A DNA stretch of 64,000 nucleotides from a virus (IMGVR_UViG_3300001528_000425:160001-224000), one strand, 5' to 3'; shown: positions 8,603-20,123, counted from the stretch's first letter. Notes: a model not told the origin generated them from the sequence alone. Numbers and translations are program-made.

Positions 8603-11600
8603 ATCGTCGTTAGTGACGCACGGCATCAGAATCGAGCTAATAGACAGGATATTGGACGGTTTCAGATCAGCGATATTCGGTGGAGAAGACATCCCTCGGG
8701 CGTTGACGATAATGGGGTCGACAGGAGCAATTGCATTCATGCCAACCTTGTAGTTGTCAACAGTAGCCTCGGAGATAGTCCCCATGGAGTCCGCTGAATA
8801 CTGACGGTCCGGAATACGAAACGATTCACCTTGTCGACCACCTGCACCTGCATGTGAGAACTTGGTGTACTGTTTAATATCGTCGATCGGGTTGATGATC
8901 GAGACATTGTCCATCAACTGTTCGGTCATGATCCTCTGTTTGATGAGGTATTCGCTGATCGACCAGGTTCTCTTGGCACCGATCGAACGATTCCGGTAAG
9001 TAGCGAATGCTCTTGCCAGTTCGTTGTAGATGATGCCAGTGATCTGTTCTACGCCTCTCAGTCGATAGTTCACAACTGAAGATGCAGGAAGATGTTCTCT
9101 GGTGGTGAGAAGTGTTGTTGCTCGGATCAGAAGATCTCGAACATTCGTTGGTTCTCTCATCTGTCTCAAGATGTCTCTGGTCATGGGATCGATGAACAGA
9201 TCGAAGAAATCGTCGATACCTTTGATGTTGTTCATGCTCAGTCCCTTGGTCTGGATGAGATCGTAATAGACGTTCTTGTCGTCCATGTCTTCGAATAGAA
9301 CATTCTTCAGATCGAAGTTGTTCAATCCTGCGAACAAGAGAGAGTTGACCTGAGGTGTACGACTGATGATCAATCGTTTATCTTGGAACCGAATGATGAT
9401 ATCCGAAGCTTTCGCATCGATACGCGAACCAACTTCTTCCAATCTGAAATCCACATTGCAGTATTTCAGCATCGTAGAGAGACCGAATCGATAAGACAGA
9501 GCGAAGATGACCGGAATGGATTTGTTCAGGAGTTTCAGATCAACCCACTCATTGAGTGGAGATGCTTGAACATCCGACAATTCCGCCAGCTTGTCGATCA
9601 TCGTTCCGACGAAAGTCTCCTCCCCAGAAGTGAGGTTGACTGATGTCAGTGTACCATCGACATGGATGAAATGAGCCGTAGAAGTACGGTTACTGAACCC
9701 GCAGAGGACTCCATACTTCTTCTCTTGCTCTTCGATTCCAGTTCTGAATTTCTCAGGAATCTCTGATACTCGATCGTCGTATTTGAAGAAGAATCGATCA
9801 TCGGCTACATCTCCTCTGTGAAATTCGACGTAATGATACTTCAACCCGATCGTTGTGTAATCGCTTGCCAATGGTATCATCGGATACTCGTTGGTACCGA
9901 AAGTGGTCGTGATCACAGACGAGGTCATTTTGTCGAAATACTTATCGATGTAAGCAAGGAAACTGTGTGCAACGTTCGTGTTACGTTCAATCAAACACTT
10001 GTTGTAGTTGGAGTTCAACGTAACACGAGTCGGACTGACCTTGCAGATCGGGTTGGAGATGCGTTGCTTGCTCAGCGACTTGATCGATCCATTTACCAGA
10101 CAACGTCCGGTTTCATCGATGTTAGGGATCGTGAACCGAATGGTGTGGTTCTTGTGCCTGGAGTCTTCGTACCGGAAGACGTACTCTTTCAAGTCGTTCA
10201 TAGCATCAGATACCGTCTTCTCTTCCACATCCGTCAGGAACATGCCCTGTGGAGCGAAGGAAGTGGCAACTGCAGCTAAGTCTTTCTTGAAGACTCTCTG
10301 AGTGTAGACCTGATCCAATGTTTCGATCGTTGATCCAGTCATATCGGGCATGGGAACTTCTTCCTTAATGAAAGGAAGTTCGTTGTCCTCCACATGGATC
10401 TCTGCAGGTTTACTGAGAAGTTCACCGATCGGTTCTCCACCGATCTTGATCTCCTTGTATTTCTTGGATACCGTGACAGCATGCGTTGCTTGGGCTTTGG
10501 TTAGATCGGAAGTTTTCTCCACTGCAGTCTCTGCAGCTTTGTCCAACTCCTCAACATCCTTGGCAGCGAACTCGGTCTGATCCACTTCTGGAAGAGGTTT
10601 GGTGAATCCAGGAGTATTGGGTACGTCCTTATTGGTATTCACGGTAACTAACTCTTCCTGAGCGATGTCAGCTTCATCTTCTGTCACCACACCCTCTGCA
10701 CCACGATCAGCCAACCGATTGATCTGATTCATCAGACGCAACAGCAAAGCATTGCTTCTGCCGTTCAACTGTTTGAGGGTTTTCAGGTTGTAAGCGAGGA
10801 AGCTATCTCCAGCTGTAAAGATAAAGTTGACTTTATCCCAGTACTGGGTGGGGAGTAATTCGAAGATGGATGAGTTGAAGTTCTGCCATGTCTCGAACGC
10901 TTCCATGGCACCGACTACTTCATCTTCCATCTTACCCATCTCGTAACTTCGCAGGTAGGAGAGGAAATCAGCATCGGTGAGACCAGTCAGCTCGTTCTCT
11001 TCGTGCTGCCAGCCTTCCATGGCGGCATTGGCTTCATCTTCCTCTTCTTTGGTCATTTCGACAACTGGTTTATCGTCAACTTTGATGTTCCGGTTGGCGA
11101 TGATAGCGTAGAAGTGAGCCAAGAACAGATACTGGGGAATTTCTGGATAGACCAGAGAAACCTTATCCATCTGTTTGAACACTCGCATGAAGTGTTTCTT
11201 CTCGAATCGCATGGCCGCAAGCGGAATGTGGATGAAGTGTTGACGATTCGGTGCTTCTACCAACTTGTTCATGATGGTCGCAAGCATGAACGCCATGAAC
11301 TTCATCCGCCGTCGCATGCCAGTTACTCTGGCACGATAGAGCGGGTTGTAGTTGACGATGTCGATCGTAACAGCACGTTCTGGCATCTCGGTGATGCTGT
11401 TAAGGATACGGATACCTGGCATATTGGCTCGCTTATAAGCGGCCAGTGCTGTCAATAATCCAGCAGAAGGAAAGATGATGCCTTTGGTGTCGAACGGAAT
11501 GAGAGGTTCTTCTCCTCGTCCAGCGGGACCTGTGACGTGAACGACGAACTTCTTGTGATCGTTCAGATTGATGATTGGGTTGTCCGGTCGAGGAGCCATG

Positions 11601-11749
11601 GAAGGAGGATCGACCATCTGGAAGTTATCCAGCACATGCAGGATCGTCTCCAGTGGCATCTCCGGAACATCAGCCAACTGTTTTAACTCGTTGAACTGAG
11701 AAGCCCTCCAAATCATCTGTCGACGGACAAAGTTTGGGTATCTTATCAT
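8603..11749 (-). CDS. virion RNA polymerase beta subunit (phiKZ gp178-like), exon 1
   Basis: KQRISNPICKVSPTRVTLNSNYNK, LFIDPMT, YRLRGVE, NPID, GAGGR, MGTISEATVD; AME repeats in N-terminal part fit head-protease processing. Confidence 0.9.
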
Positions 11750-11779
11750 GAGATAAACTCCTGAGGTTGAATGTTAAAG

Positions 11780-11829
11780 CATAAGATGGCGGGTTCCTTT
11801 ATTCCTATACTTATCTCCCCCATTGTATA
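11780..11829. promoter_or_regulatory. divergent pair of putative late promoters
   Basis: CATCTTATG on - (11780-11788) before vRNAP beta; CATTGTATA on + (11821-11829) before 11891. Confidence 0.6.
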
Positions 11830-11890
11830 CAAGTAAAGACGGTGTGTGTCGTTTAGTTCGTCTACTTAATCCTTAACTAAAGGTGAAACA

Positions 11891-12979
11891 ATGCGATTTA
11901 TTGTACCTAAGGCCAGCAAGCAAGAGCTTGTTGTCACGGATAGCATGCTTGTTTCCGCCGCGGAAAGTCTCAGCGAAGAGCGGGAGGAACTCACTGCTGC
12001 CATCAATGAACATTCCGAGGCTGAACAAAAACTCGAGGCTATCAATGCCACCGCACTCGCCCTGGAAACCATGGGCTACACGGACACTTTCCTGACCATC
12101 TACAACCGCGACGGCGTTCTGCTGTCTGAGCTCGGCCTGGTCAATGTGGTCAGTGGATCGATGGAAGGCATGGACGAAGCCAGCAAGGCGGAAGATGCGA
12201 AGAAGGTCAAAGAAGGCCTCGATGAAGCCAAAACCAAAGCGGAAGGTGTGCGTTCTAACGCTGCCAAACGCATGGTCGAAGCCGCGATCACCTTCCTACG
12301 GAAGTGGTTCACGACCAACGAGTATCTGGCGAAATCCATCGCCAAGAACACCGAGAAACTCAGCTCTATGAATGAGAAAGAGTTCGCGGAGATGCCGGCA
12401 ACGATCTTCTCCGATGATCAGCTGCAAGCCGTCTTCGGTGCCACTGCTCCGGTCATGGCTCTGCTGAAGAAGGTTCTCGAAAAGGGAGTCGCCGCTTACA
12501 GCAAGAAGGAAGGCTCTCCGAGTGAAGTCGAGTTCTGGAAATCCATCGGCTGGTCCAACAAGATCTCTGCGATCGGCATCACGCTTGGCGATCATGGCAT
12601 CACCATCGATACTGCCAAACCCAAAGCCACCAAAACCACCTACGGCGAAGCCAGCTGGACCAAACCTTTCCTGACCAGTGCTTCCAAAGAAGCGCAGGCG
12701 GCTCTCCGCTGGAACCGTAAGGAACTGGCGACGATCATGAAGGCTCTGGACAAAGCTGCAGTTTCGGCTGTTACTCAAAACAGTGGTGAAACCGATCTCC
12801 CGACTCTGTTCAAGATCACTGGCACGGCGATCCGTATCGCCAAACGTCAGTCCACCCTGCTTTCTTCTGCCGCAACCCAGGTTGATCTCGCGATCCGACG
12901 AGCGGCTGGCGTCAGCAGCAAGGAAGCTGAACCGAAGAAGGATGACGAGGCTGCCAAGAAAGACGAAGCCAAGAAGTAA
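11891..12979 (+). CDS. internal head (inner-body-like) virion protein
   Basis: Acidic propeptide-like N-terminus with AAE, ALE, SME motifs, helical Ala/Lys-rich body, strong codon bias. Confidence 0.7.
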   Translation: MRFIVPKASKQELVVTDSMLVSAAESLSEEREELTAAINEHSEAEQKLEAINATALALETMGYTDTFLTIYNRDGVLLSELGLVNVVSGSMEGMDEASKAEDAKKVKEGLDEAKTKAEGVRSNAAKRMVEAAITFLRKWFTTNEYLAKSIAKNTEKLSSMNEKEFAEMPATIFSDDQLQAVFGATAPVMALLKKVLEKGVAAYSKKEGSPSEVEFWKSIGWSNKISAIGITLGDHGITIDTAKPKATKTTYGEASWTKPFLTSASKEAQAALRWNRKELATIMKALDKAAVSAVTQNSGETDLPTLFKITGTAIRIAKRQSTLLSSAATQVDLAIRRAAGVSSKEAEPKKDDEAAKKDEAKK

Positions 12980-13000
12980 CACTTCTTATACACAAAGGAT

Positions 13001-13036
13001 CAGTTAGGGTAGGCGGATATCCGCCTACCCTAACTG
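13001..13036. terminator. 36-bp perfect palindrome between convergent genes
   Basis: CAGTTAGGGTAGGCGGAT|ATCCGCCTACCCTAACTG. Confidence 0.8.
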
Positions 13037-13049
13037 TATCTTATCGTTG

Positions 13050-15503
13050 TTATTTGAGATCTTCCGGATCAGGATCTTCTGTCATGTTGTACATGGTAAG
13101 AGACACCAAGTCATCGAAAGCAAGTAGAAGCTTGCCACTCGGTGACAGATAGTTATTCAAAGTCTTGAGATAACCCAAGGCTTCTTCATTGGCTTCCTTA
13201 CTTAAGATAGGAACCCAGTTGACAGTGTCATAGACGACTACACCTTCGTTAACAACAAAGACTTTCGTGGATTCCACAAGGAAGTCGTAGACTCTCTGCG
13301 GACCGAGAGTAGTGATGTTCTTCGGATAACTCCAGATGATATCCTTATTGTTCAATCGCTGCCACAGGGGAGTTTCTTTCCCGATATAGTCAGCGTATTG
13401 CATCAGTTCATCCCTCTGGATAAATCCTAAAGTCTTGACTCCCGTATAGGTTCTCAGATAGTTTTCTTCCTCTACGGTGAGAGGAATAACATCATCTTCC
13501 CGATCGTGTACAATGGGAGAGCTCCAATTGTCCGAATCTCCGAATAACGGTTTCCGTTTGAACACCGGAATCCTTGTGGTTGCGTTCGTATCCTTAGGAG
13601 CAATCCGTCGAAGACCTCCAGTATTCTGATCGAATACCGCCAAAGATTCATTGGTAGAAACTCCGATCTCACGATTTGCTACCGTACAAGACACAGCTTC
13701 GCAATCATCTTCGATTGTCACGCCAGAAATAGGTTCCCAGGAACCTTGGTTGGGACCGGATTGATAACTCATGATTTCGCAACCAGGAGCTACATCGAAG
13801 ACTCTCGCTCCATTTCTGTCGAGTTTGAACGGACCGGTGACCGGAAACTCTTGCATCTGGATCTCACAGTAGTTCCATCCATCTTTGGTGAGGAACGTCT
13901 TATCCTTCAGATTCTTGAGGATCGAATCTTTGTCGAGTTGACTTGCCGAATAATCGGCCGTCTGCAACTGAGTATACCAAAGATTGGTATATCTCAAGGT
14001 TACAGTCGTAGTACCAATAAGGCAGTTCCCATCGAAATCTCCCCCTAACGGCGCAAGTCGACTTGGGTGTAGAAGCAATGCATCGGTGAACGAACTGTTC
14101 AAGATCGGATACTCCGGCATCGTAACTGGTTCAGTTGATCCATTGATCAGTTGAACAACTCTGGAAGGTACCGTGGAGATCAGGTGGATCTTCGATACAT
14201 AGATACTGCCGGCATCCGTTACCGGATATCGAGTTACTGTTCCAGTCTTACCGATCGAAGACATCCAAGTTGCGATATACAAGATCTCGCAATAGGTGAT
14301 CGGTCGGAGTCTGGAAGGATCATACAGCAGGTTCATCTTCTCCAACTGTTGTTTCAGGGAGTTGACATCACGTACAAGGATGATCTGTTGATCCAAGTCA
14401 TAGATCATGAACATGTAGTAATGTTTCTTATTCTCTGTCTCAACTGTGAGAGGACGGAACCTGAAATCAGCATCCTGAAACAAATCGATCATCTTGACAA
14501 TACCTTCACTGGAGAGTAATCGGTCTTTCTCGGATTCAGTGATCGGCTGATATTCCAGCTGAAGGGTTTGCGGATTGATCAAACTCACTTGATCAGAACT
14601 GGCACTCAAGACAGTACTGAAGAAGAACTGTTTCAGGTTGTAAATGACCAGAGGTTGTAAGGCTTTGGCTGCTTGAAACAGAGGAACTTTGGTCTCATCG
14701 ACTTTATGGTACTGCGGATCTTTGGGATCTTTAGCAGCCATAATGGAAGATGCGATCACGTTACGAGTTCCAAGAGCAAGTGCACGTGCACCGTACTTCG
14801 ATTCCAGGAACCCTTTCTTCCCGGTCATCATACTGAGGATGTGAAGATAGATTTCATTCACTTTCCTCTGGATCGCGTAATGCACACTGTCGTAGATCGG
14901 ACGTTGCCAGGCCGAAGGCGGCATAGCCTTACAATTGTTCATCAACGACATGTAAAGGTTGTTGACAACATCTTTCTCTTGTTTCCCATCGGTGATCCGA
15001 ATGTCTCGGATACCAGCAGGGAGAACCAGGAATTTGTCGATCAGCAGCCGATCTGGGAATTGCAGGATCAGATCGATCTTGTCTTCCCGTTTAAGAGAGG
15101 CGTTCTTTCGCCAATTGATTTCTGGGAAGTGAGTGAGGAAGAAAGTGAATCCAGTGTCAGCTTCTGGATCATCTTCCGAAGCATGGTCGAAGTCACCGAG
15201 TTCCTTGTTCCAGGTAGCATATGACTTACCAGACATAATGTCAACATAGAAAGATTTCAGTGCTTTCAGGTTCTGGAAAATAAGCGGATGAAAGACTTTA
15301 CAGTTCAGGTTGATCCAGCCGAAGCGAATCAATCGAGCGTTGGTTCCGATCTGTCCGAAGATCTCCTCAGAGAATAAACCCTGAGGATGGAACATGTTAC
15401 TGGAAGGCTCACGGATCAGCGGAGAAGTGACCTCAAGCATGTTGTACTTGGCGATCTCTTTCTCCACATCCATGAGCGAAAGATTAAATGGATCTCTTGC
15501 CAT
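13050..15503 (-). CDS. virion RNA polymerase beta' subunit (phiKZ gp180-like), intein-containing
   Basis: GLFSEEIFG, VLPAGIRD, GKKGFL, GTRNVI, VTRYPV, LGGDFDG; start MARDPF with GGAG RBS. Confidence 0.9.
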   Translation of the reverse strand: MARDPFNLSLMDVEKEIAKYNMLEVTSPLIREPSSNMFHPQGLFSEEIFGQIGTNARLIRFGWINLNCKVFHPLIFQNLKALKSFYVDIMSGKSYATWNKELGDFDHASEDDPEADTGFTFFLTHFPEINWRKNASLKREDKIDLILQFPDRLLIDKFLVLPAGIRDIRITDGKQEKDVVNNLYMSLMNNCKAMPPSAWQRPIYDSVHYAIQRKVNEIYLHILSMMTGKKGFLESKYGARALALGTRNVIASSIMAAKDPKDPQYHKVDETKVPLFQAAKALQPLVIYNLKQFFFSTVLSASSDQVSLINPQTLQLEYQPITESEKDRLLSSEGIVKMIDLFQDADFRFRPLTVETENKKHYYMFMIYDLDQQIILVRDVNSLKQQLEKMNLLYDPSRLRPITYCEILYIATWMSSIGKTGTVTRYPVTDAGSIYVSKIHLISTVPSRVVQLINGSTEPVTMPEYPILNSSFTDALLLHPSRLAPLGGDFDGNCLIGTTTVTLRYTNLWYTQLQTADYSASQLDKDSILKNLKDKTFLTKDGWNYCEIQMQEFPVTGPFKLDRNGARVFDVAPGCEIMSYQSGPNQGSWEPISGVTIEDDCEAVSCTVANREIGVSTNESLAVFDQNTGGLRRIAPKDTNATTRIPVFKRKPLFGDSDNWSSPIVHDREDDVIPLTVEEENYLRTYTGVKTLGFIQRDELMQYADYIGKETPLWQRLNNKDIIWSYPKNITTLGPQRVYDFLVESTKVFVVNEGVVVYDTVNWVPILSKEANEEALGYLKTLNNYLSPSGKLLLAFDDLVSLTMYNMTEDPDPEDLK
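13227..14024 (-). mobile_element. atypical 266-aa intein (no intact endonuclease seen) in the DFDGD motif
   Basis: Block A CLIGTTTVTL directly after GGDFDGN; blocks F/G RVYDFLVESTKVFVVNEGVVVYD followed by Thr. Confidence 0.85.
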
Positions 15504-15537
15504 AGAGCACTCCAATGTTATTTATTTAAGCAGTTTG

Positions 15538-15574
15538 TATAAGATGGCGTGTTCCTGTATCTGACCATTCTATG
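15538..15574. promoter_or_regulatory. divergent pair of putative late promoters
   Basis: CATCTTATA on - (15538-15546); CATTCTATG on + (15566-15574). Confidence 0.6.
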
Positions 15575-15620
15575 CAGATTTTACTACTACTGTAACGCCC
15601 CTTATAAGGAGATTATAACA

Positions 15621-17012
15621 ATGCTTTACGCCTTTATCAACGACACTGCGGCATGGAGACGTGCTACTGGTTTGTCGGAGCTGGTCAATTATGACCAAGG
15701 AGCGATGTTCCTCGATGAACAGATGGTGAACTACTTCAACGTTCCCGTCAAGATCGGCGATACACGCAAACAGCGTCTGGCGATCTCCGTGGACACTTCT
15801 TCCGGTGAATCGGTGAGCGGTGTTCCGGATGGCATGATGCATCTGATGTTGGACAAAGACAAACTCGGTGGAGTTGATTTCAATTCCGTTACGGCCAACG
15901 AATACGGTCAGTTGTTCAACATCATCGAATTGTGTTTTACTTCTCAGAATCGTACAGCGGCTTACCTCAACGCCCAGATGGAATCCAACTCCATCTACGG
16001 CGTTTACATGGTTGGCTCTCTGAAGATCTCAGGGTCGTATGTGACTCTGGACAACTACTATCTTCAGAACAACTTGATCGCTCGTCCGATGATCCGTTCG
16101 TGGATCGAATTCCGAGTTGCTCTGGCAGGTCAAGTTGTGGACTTCCACATCTGGGCGGAACGAGATCAATTCCGCGCCGACTACCCGTTCACCACGATGA
16201 CCGCTGTGGTGTATCCGTGCGAACCGGCACAGATCCTGACCCTGAACGATATGGAGAACGTCGCCAAGATGCTGCAGGAAGGATCACTGACCTCCACAGC
16301 GATCACCGCTACCGAGATGGCAGCTGATGACCACTCCGGTATGTATCGGTTCAAATGCAAATATAACAACTCAATCCTCGGGATCGGAAGATACTCTTTC
16401 TATTTCGGTGTGATGTATAAAGGTCGTGCGCCTTCTCGTGAAGAAGCGCGACAGTTCATCAAGACCGATCTGCTCGAGAAAACCAATACCACTGAAGATA
16501 TCTGGATCGATGTTCTTCCGGACCTGTTCGCCAGAGCTTCGTTCATGTTGGTTCCGATCTGGGGTAACTACTCCAGGAACGAGGCCAATGAGACGATCAA
16601 GTTCGGTGTTTATGATGCTCAGGTTTTTGCCAAGGCATTGAAAGCAACTTATCCGGATTACAATCAATCCAACATCGACGAGTATGCGGAAGTGCTGACA
16701 GTGGCATCTTCCGATATTCTGGTTGCTGCGATCCCGGGTACGGACAATGATGCTGCTAACAAACAGCTGTCCGCTATTCATCCGACTTACATGGGTGTCT
16801 CTAACGACGATCCTCTGTTCAGCAAACAATCCACCATCACTCAGCAGTTCAGTGAACAACTGAACGATACGATGGGAACATTGATTGCTGCTGGCAGTAG
16901 CAACGTCGTAGATGCGGATGTCGTATACGGATTACGGCATCTCTCGTTCTCGGTCAATGGTGTCGATTACCACGTGCTGATCAAGGCTGATTATCCGCTC
17001 AGTGGCATTTAA
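15621..17012 (+). CDS. putative virion structural protein
   Basis: AAGGAG RBS before MLYAFIN; W..vLPDLF...F..VP.W pattern recalled from phiKZ-like structural proteins; first gene of + strand late operon. Confidence 0.6.
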   Translation: MLYAFINDTAAWRRATGLSELVNYDQGAMFLDEQMVNYFNVPVKIGDTRKQRLAISVDTSSGESVSGVPDGMMHLMLDKDKLGGVDFNSVTANEYGQLFNIIELCFTSQNRTAAYLNAQMESNSIYGVYMVGSLKISGSYVTLDNYYLQNNLIARPMIRSWIEFRVALAGQVVDFHIWAERDQFRADYPFTTMTAVVYPCEPAQILTLNDMENVAKMLQEGSLTSTAITATEMAADDHSGMYRFKCKYNNSILGIGRYSFYFGVMYKGRAPSREEARQFIKTDLLEKTNTTEDIWIDVLPDLFARASFMLVPIWGNYSRNEANETIKFGVYDAQVFAKALKATYPDYNQSNIDEYAEVLTVASSDILVAAIPGTDNDAANKQLSAIHPTYMGVSNDDPLFSKQSTITQQFSEQLNDTMGTLIAAGSSNVVDADVVYGLRHLSFSVNGVDYHVLIKADYPLSGI

Positions 17013-17023
17013 GGAGAAGTTCC

Positions 17024-17938
17024 ATGCAACAACTTAAACTCGGAAGTACCTATCGGGTAACATTCAAACCTGAGTTTGCCATACATGGATACCAGAAAGC
17101 CACGGAAGAGAATTCGGAACCAACTTTCCTACATGAAGGAAAGGGTGTAGCCAGAATCGAAGCGATGATGTCGTTCAACGATCTGGTGAAATCTGGTATC
17201 AACTTGTATGAGTCATTCTTCAAACCGTGTGGGATCACCGAGGAACAATACCTGCGATATTTTGATGGGAAACCCGACGATATCGCAGGTGGTACGGTAG
17301 AGGATGAAGAAGGCAATGTGGTGAATATCACGGAACGTGTCTTCTCTTCCGTTAACTATTCCAACTACCCCATTTACAAATTCGTGGATGCGATCGACTC
17401 CACCGATACGTATTACGTTCCTCAAGAGGCTATGGCCTCGTTCCCTGAAGTGGATATCAATCCATATCTGAAGTTGATGATGACTGTTGACTTCGGTGCG
17501 TGGGCTGATGTGTCCCAACTTCAGAACATCGAGAAAGTGATCGCCGATAACCTGAACCTCTTCGGTCTCAAAACCGCAGACGTTCGCATGATGGTCTATG
17601 ACACGGTTTTCATGACTACCAAAGAGTATGAAGAGATGGATGCTGAACGGAAACCGGAAGGTTCCGTTGTCGTGGAACTTACCACGGAGAACATCTCTCT
17701 CTACGTCAACACGAGATACATCCTCAGCAAAGACGGTACTCTCACGAAACTAACGGATGCCAATCAATCCGAGTACATCGGAAAGACGGTTACGTTGGTT
17801 TCGCTCAACTCTTCGTTTGCTACCAACTATTTCCTTCGTTGGAAACTTGCTGAGCAAGAACTGTTGGAAACACAAGCGCGCTGTCAAGCTCTTGAAGAAC
17901 TGGTGATCCAGTTGTCCAAAGGCGAGCAGAACCCGTAA
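17024..17938 (+). CDS. putative virion structural protein
   Basis: AAGGAG RBS, C-terminal coiled coil, same operon. Confidence 0.55.
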   Translation: MQQLKLGSTYRVTFKPEFAIHGYQKATEENSEPTFLHEGKGVARIEAMMSFNDLVKSGINLYESFFKPCGITEEQYLRYFDGKPDDIAGGTVEDEEGNVVNITERVFSSVNYSNYPIYKFVDAIDSTDTYYVPQEAMASFPEVDINPYLKLMMTVDFGAWADVSQLQNIEKVIADNLNLFGLKTADVRMMVYDTVFMTTKEYEEMDAERKPEGSVVVELTTENISLYVNTRYILSKDGTLTKLTDANQSEYIGKTVTLVSLNSSFATNYFLRWKLAEQELLETQARCQALEELVIQLSKGEQNP

Positions 17939-17966
17939 TCGTTCTACTTAAACAAGGAATCTACCT

Positions 17967-20111
17967 ATGTCCCTTTCGTACGACCTTACCGGGAGAGATC
18001 CGAACTTTAAGAGGACGGATGCCCGGTTCGCGGTATTTATGGAAGAGCAGGTGATCAGCTTCGATGAACCCGTATACGTGGAAAGCATCGTGGTTCGCCA
18101 CTTGCTCGGTGGAAATACCACCGAACTGACCGCTGACATCGATTGGCTTATAACCAAGAATAGTTACGACTACGATGCCATTAGTCAAGCCAAGGTGATG
18201 GATGCAGCGTTCACCAGAACGCTGGTGAAGAACATCGTCTTGAAGATATTCAGAACAGGAGAAACGGAATCACAGGTGTCTGTTGACTATCAAAGATTCC
18301 AAAAATCCTACGTGGCCGAATATGATCCAGATGGTGATGGACCGGCATACAGTCCTTCTCTGATGAAGGACATGCTTGATCGAATCACTCAACTGGAAGC
18401 GATCAAGAACCCTGTCAACGATCTGGTAACAGACGACCTGAATAAGGTCACGTTCCTTGAAGTTGACAAAACTGGATTAGCTACTGCCAACTACGTGTTG
18501 GACGAACTGCAATCGATCAATGTTCCTGCTGGTCAGCCTTTCCTGCGACCCGCATATGGCTCGTTCTATGCTCACGATGTTGTGGTGAAATCGGTTGTCA
18601 CTCGATCCATCCCTATCTCCAAAGTAAAAGCAACTGGCTTCTACGATGTATATCGGACTGGTACGGTTGGATCTGGTTATCCGCTGCTCACCAGAGCACA
18701 ACAGATGTCGGAACAAGGAGTCGCGTTGTCAGGAGACGGAACTCGTATCCGTAACACGAGTGAAATCAACTCTCCGATCAAAGATGTGGCCACCGGAAGG
18801 TTGTTGATCACTTCTGCCGATATCGCTGCTGGGTTGGTGGCGGTATATGAAGAAGAGACGATGTTGACTCAAGGAGAGGACTACAACGTCTCCTATGCGA
18901 ACTTGTCCAAGACCAGGCAATCCACTCATCCGAGTGGAGTGTATGAAGTCATCTACTTCCTTGCACCTTTGGTTGGTAACGTCAAGGTATCGTACCACGC
19001 TTATGGCGGAACAGTTTCTCCGTTCGATGTCACCAAGTTGCAGAGTGCACTGATCGACATCATCACTGTTCTTCAGAACAATGGATACCTGACCCCAGAA
19101 GATGTGGATAAACTTACTGTCATCCAGACGATCATCAAACGTCTGGACAAGATGGAGGAGTTCCACCGTCATTTCTTGCAGATCGAACGAAATGTTGCTG
19201 TAGTTGACGAGAATCGGCACTGGTATCCGATCGCGTTCATCTACGATGACAGGTGGTCCGGTATCGATGATGGGACAGATGACATCGGACAATTCCGTGT
19301 GGAATCGTTGGAACGAGAATGGGTGTACGACTTTGTTGTAACCGCCAATCTCTCTGCGATCGGACACCGGAAGTTCATGCTCGACACGATGAAATCATGT
19401 GATCCTAACTACGTCTTCTCTCAGAACGACTATCGAGGAGCGTGCAATGGAGATATGATCCAAGCACGTTTGGTCTGGGTGGGTGATGGAAAGTCCAGTG
19501 GAGTTGTTCTCCAGCTTGGTATCAAATACGATAAATTGGTTGGCAAGAAAGACGTCGATCTCCTTGTTGTTACCAATAAGTCTGGTGGTGCCAGTCGCTG
19601 GAGATTGAGCGAGCCTTCGCTTAATGTAGTCCAACCACAGGATACGCAAGTCACTATGCCTGGACGAGTTACTGTATGGAACTCTGGTTCTGTGAACCAC
19701 AACTCCATCATCAAGACACTTGAACCTCCCAATGGTCTCCTGCTCTATGCTGGTTCTATGGCCATGCGTCCGTTCGGTACTCCGGCTCAACTGCCGTTGT
19801 TCAGTGAAGACATCACGGCTGATTTCCAGCCATGGCATGTCAAGGAACTGGAATTTGCATTCTTCGATCGCAAGGATGGGGAGTGGGTATATGCTCGACA
19901 AGCTGTTCACCTTGACAACTTCGATGGGTTAGGATCTACCGACTCAGAATCCGGGAACGAACTTGTGTTCTTCTTCCCTGATCTCTGTGGTATCCGTTAC
20001 CGTATGCTGCAACTGAATGGATTTGTCTTCTTTGTGGAAGCATGTCTTGGTTCCAGCAGCTTCTTCAACGATCGATTTGATTTGCGTCAAGTCGTGGCTC
20101 ATCTCAACTAA
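17967..20111 (+). CDS. putative baseplate/tail-associated structural protein
   Basis: Repeated D.TG...N module (YDLTGRDPN, VDKTGLATAN...RPAYGSFY) seen in phiKZ-like baseplate proteins. Confidence 0.6.
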   Translation: MSLSYDLTGRDPNFKRTDARFAVFMEEQVISFDEPVYVESIVVRHLLGGNTTELTADIDWLITKNSYDYDAISQAKVMDAAFTRTLVKNIVLKIFRTGETESQVSVDYQRFQKSYVAEYDPDGDGPAYSPSLMKDMLDRITQLEAIKNPVNDLVTDDLNKVTFLEVDKTGLATANYVLDELQSINVPAGQPFLRPAYGSFYAHDVVVKSVVTRSIPISKVKATGFYDVYRTGTVGSGYPLLTRAQQMSEQGVALSGDGTRIRNTSEINSPIKDVATGRLLITSADIAAGLVAVYEEETMLTQGEDYNVSYANLSKTRQSTHPSGVYEVIYFLAPLVGNVKVSYHAYGGTVSPFDVTKLQSALIDIITVLQNNGYLTPEDVDKLTVIQTIIKRLDKMEEFHRHFLQIERNVAVVDENRHWYPIAFIYDDRWSGIDDGTDDIGQFRVESLEREWVYDFVVTANLSAIGHRKFMLDTMKSCDPNYVFSQNDYRGACNGDMIQARLVWVGDGKSSGVVLQLGIKYDKLVGKKDVDLLVVTNKSGGASRWRLSEPSLNVVQPQDTQVTMPGRVTVWNSGSVNHNSIIKTLEPPNGLLLYAGSMAMRPFGTPAQLPLFSEDITADFQPWHVKELEFAFFDRKDGEWVYARQAVHLDNFDGLGSTDSESGNELVFFFPDLCGIRYRMLQLNGFVFFVEACLGSSSFFNDRFDLRQVVAHLN

Positions 20112-20123
20112 GGAGGAATTGAA

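Noticed and set aside
13227-14027. RNA-level intron as explanation of the insert in vRNAP beta'
   Set aside because: Insert is fully in frame, has intein blocks A/F/G, and shows no group I R/S elements or group II ends.
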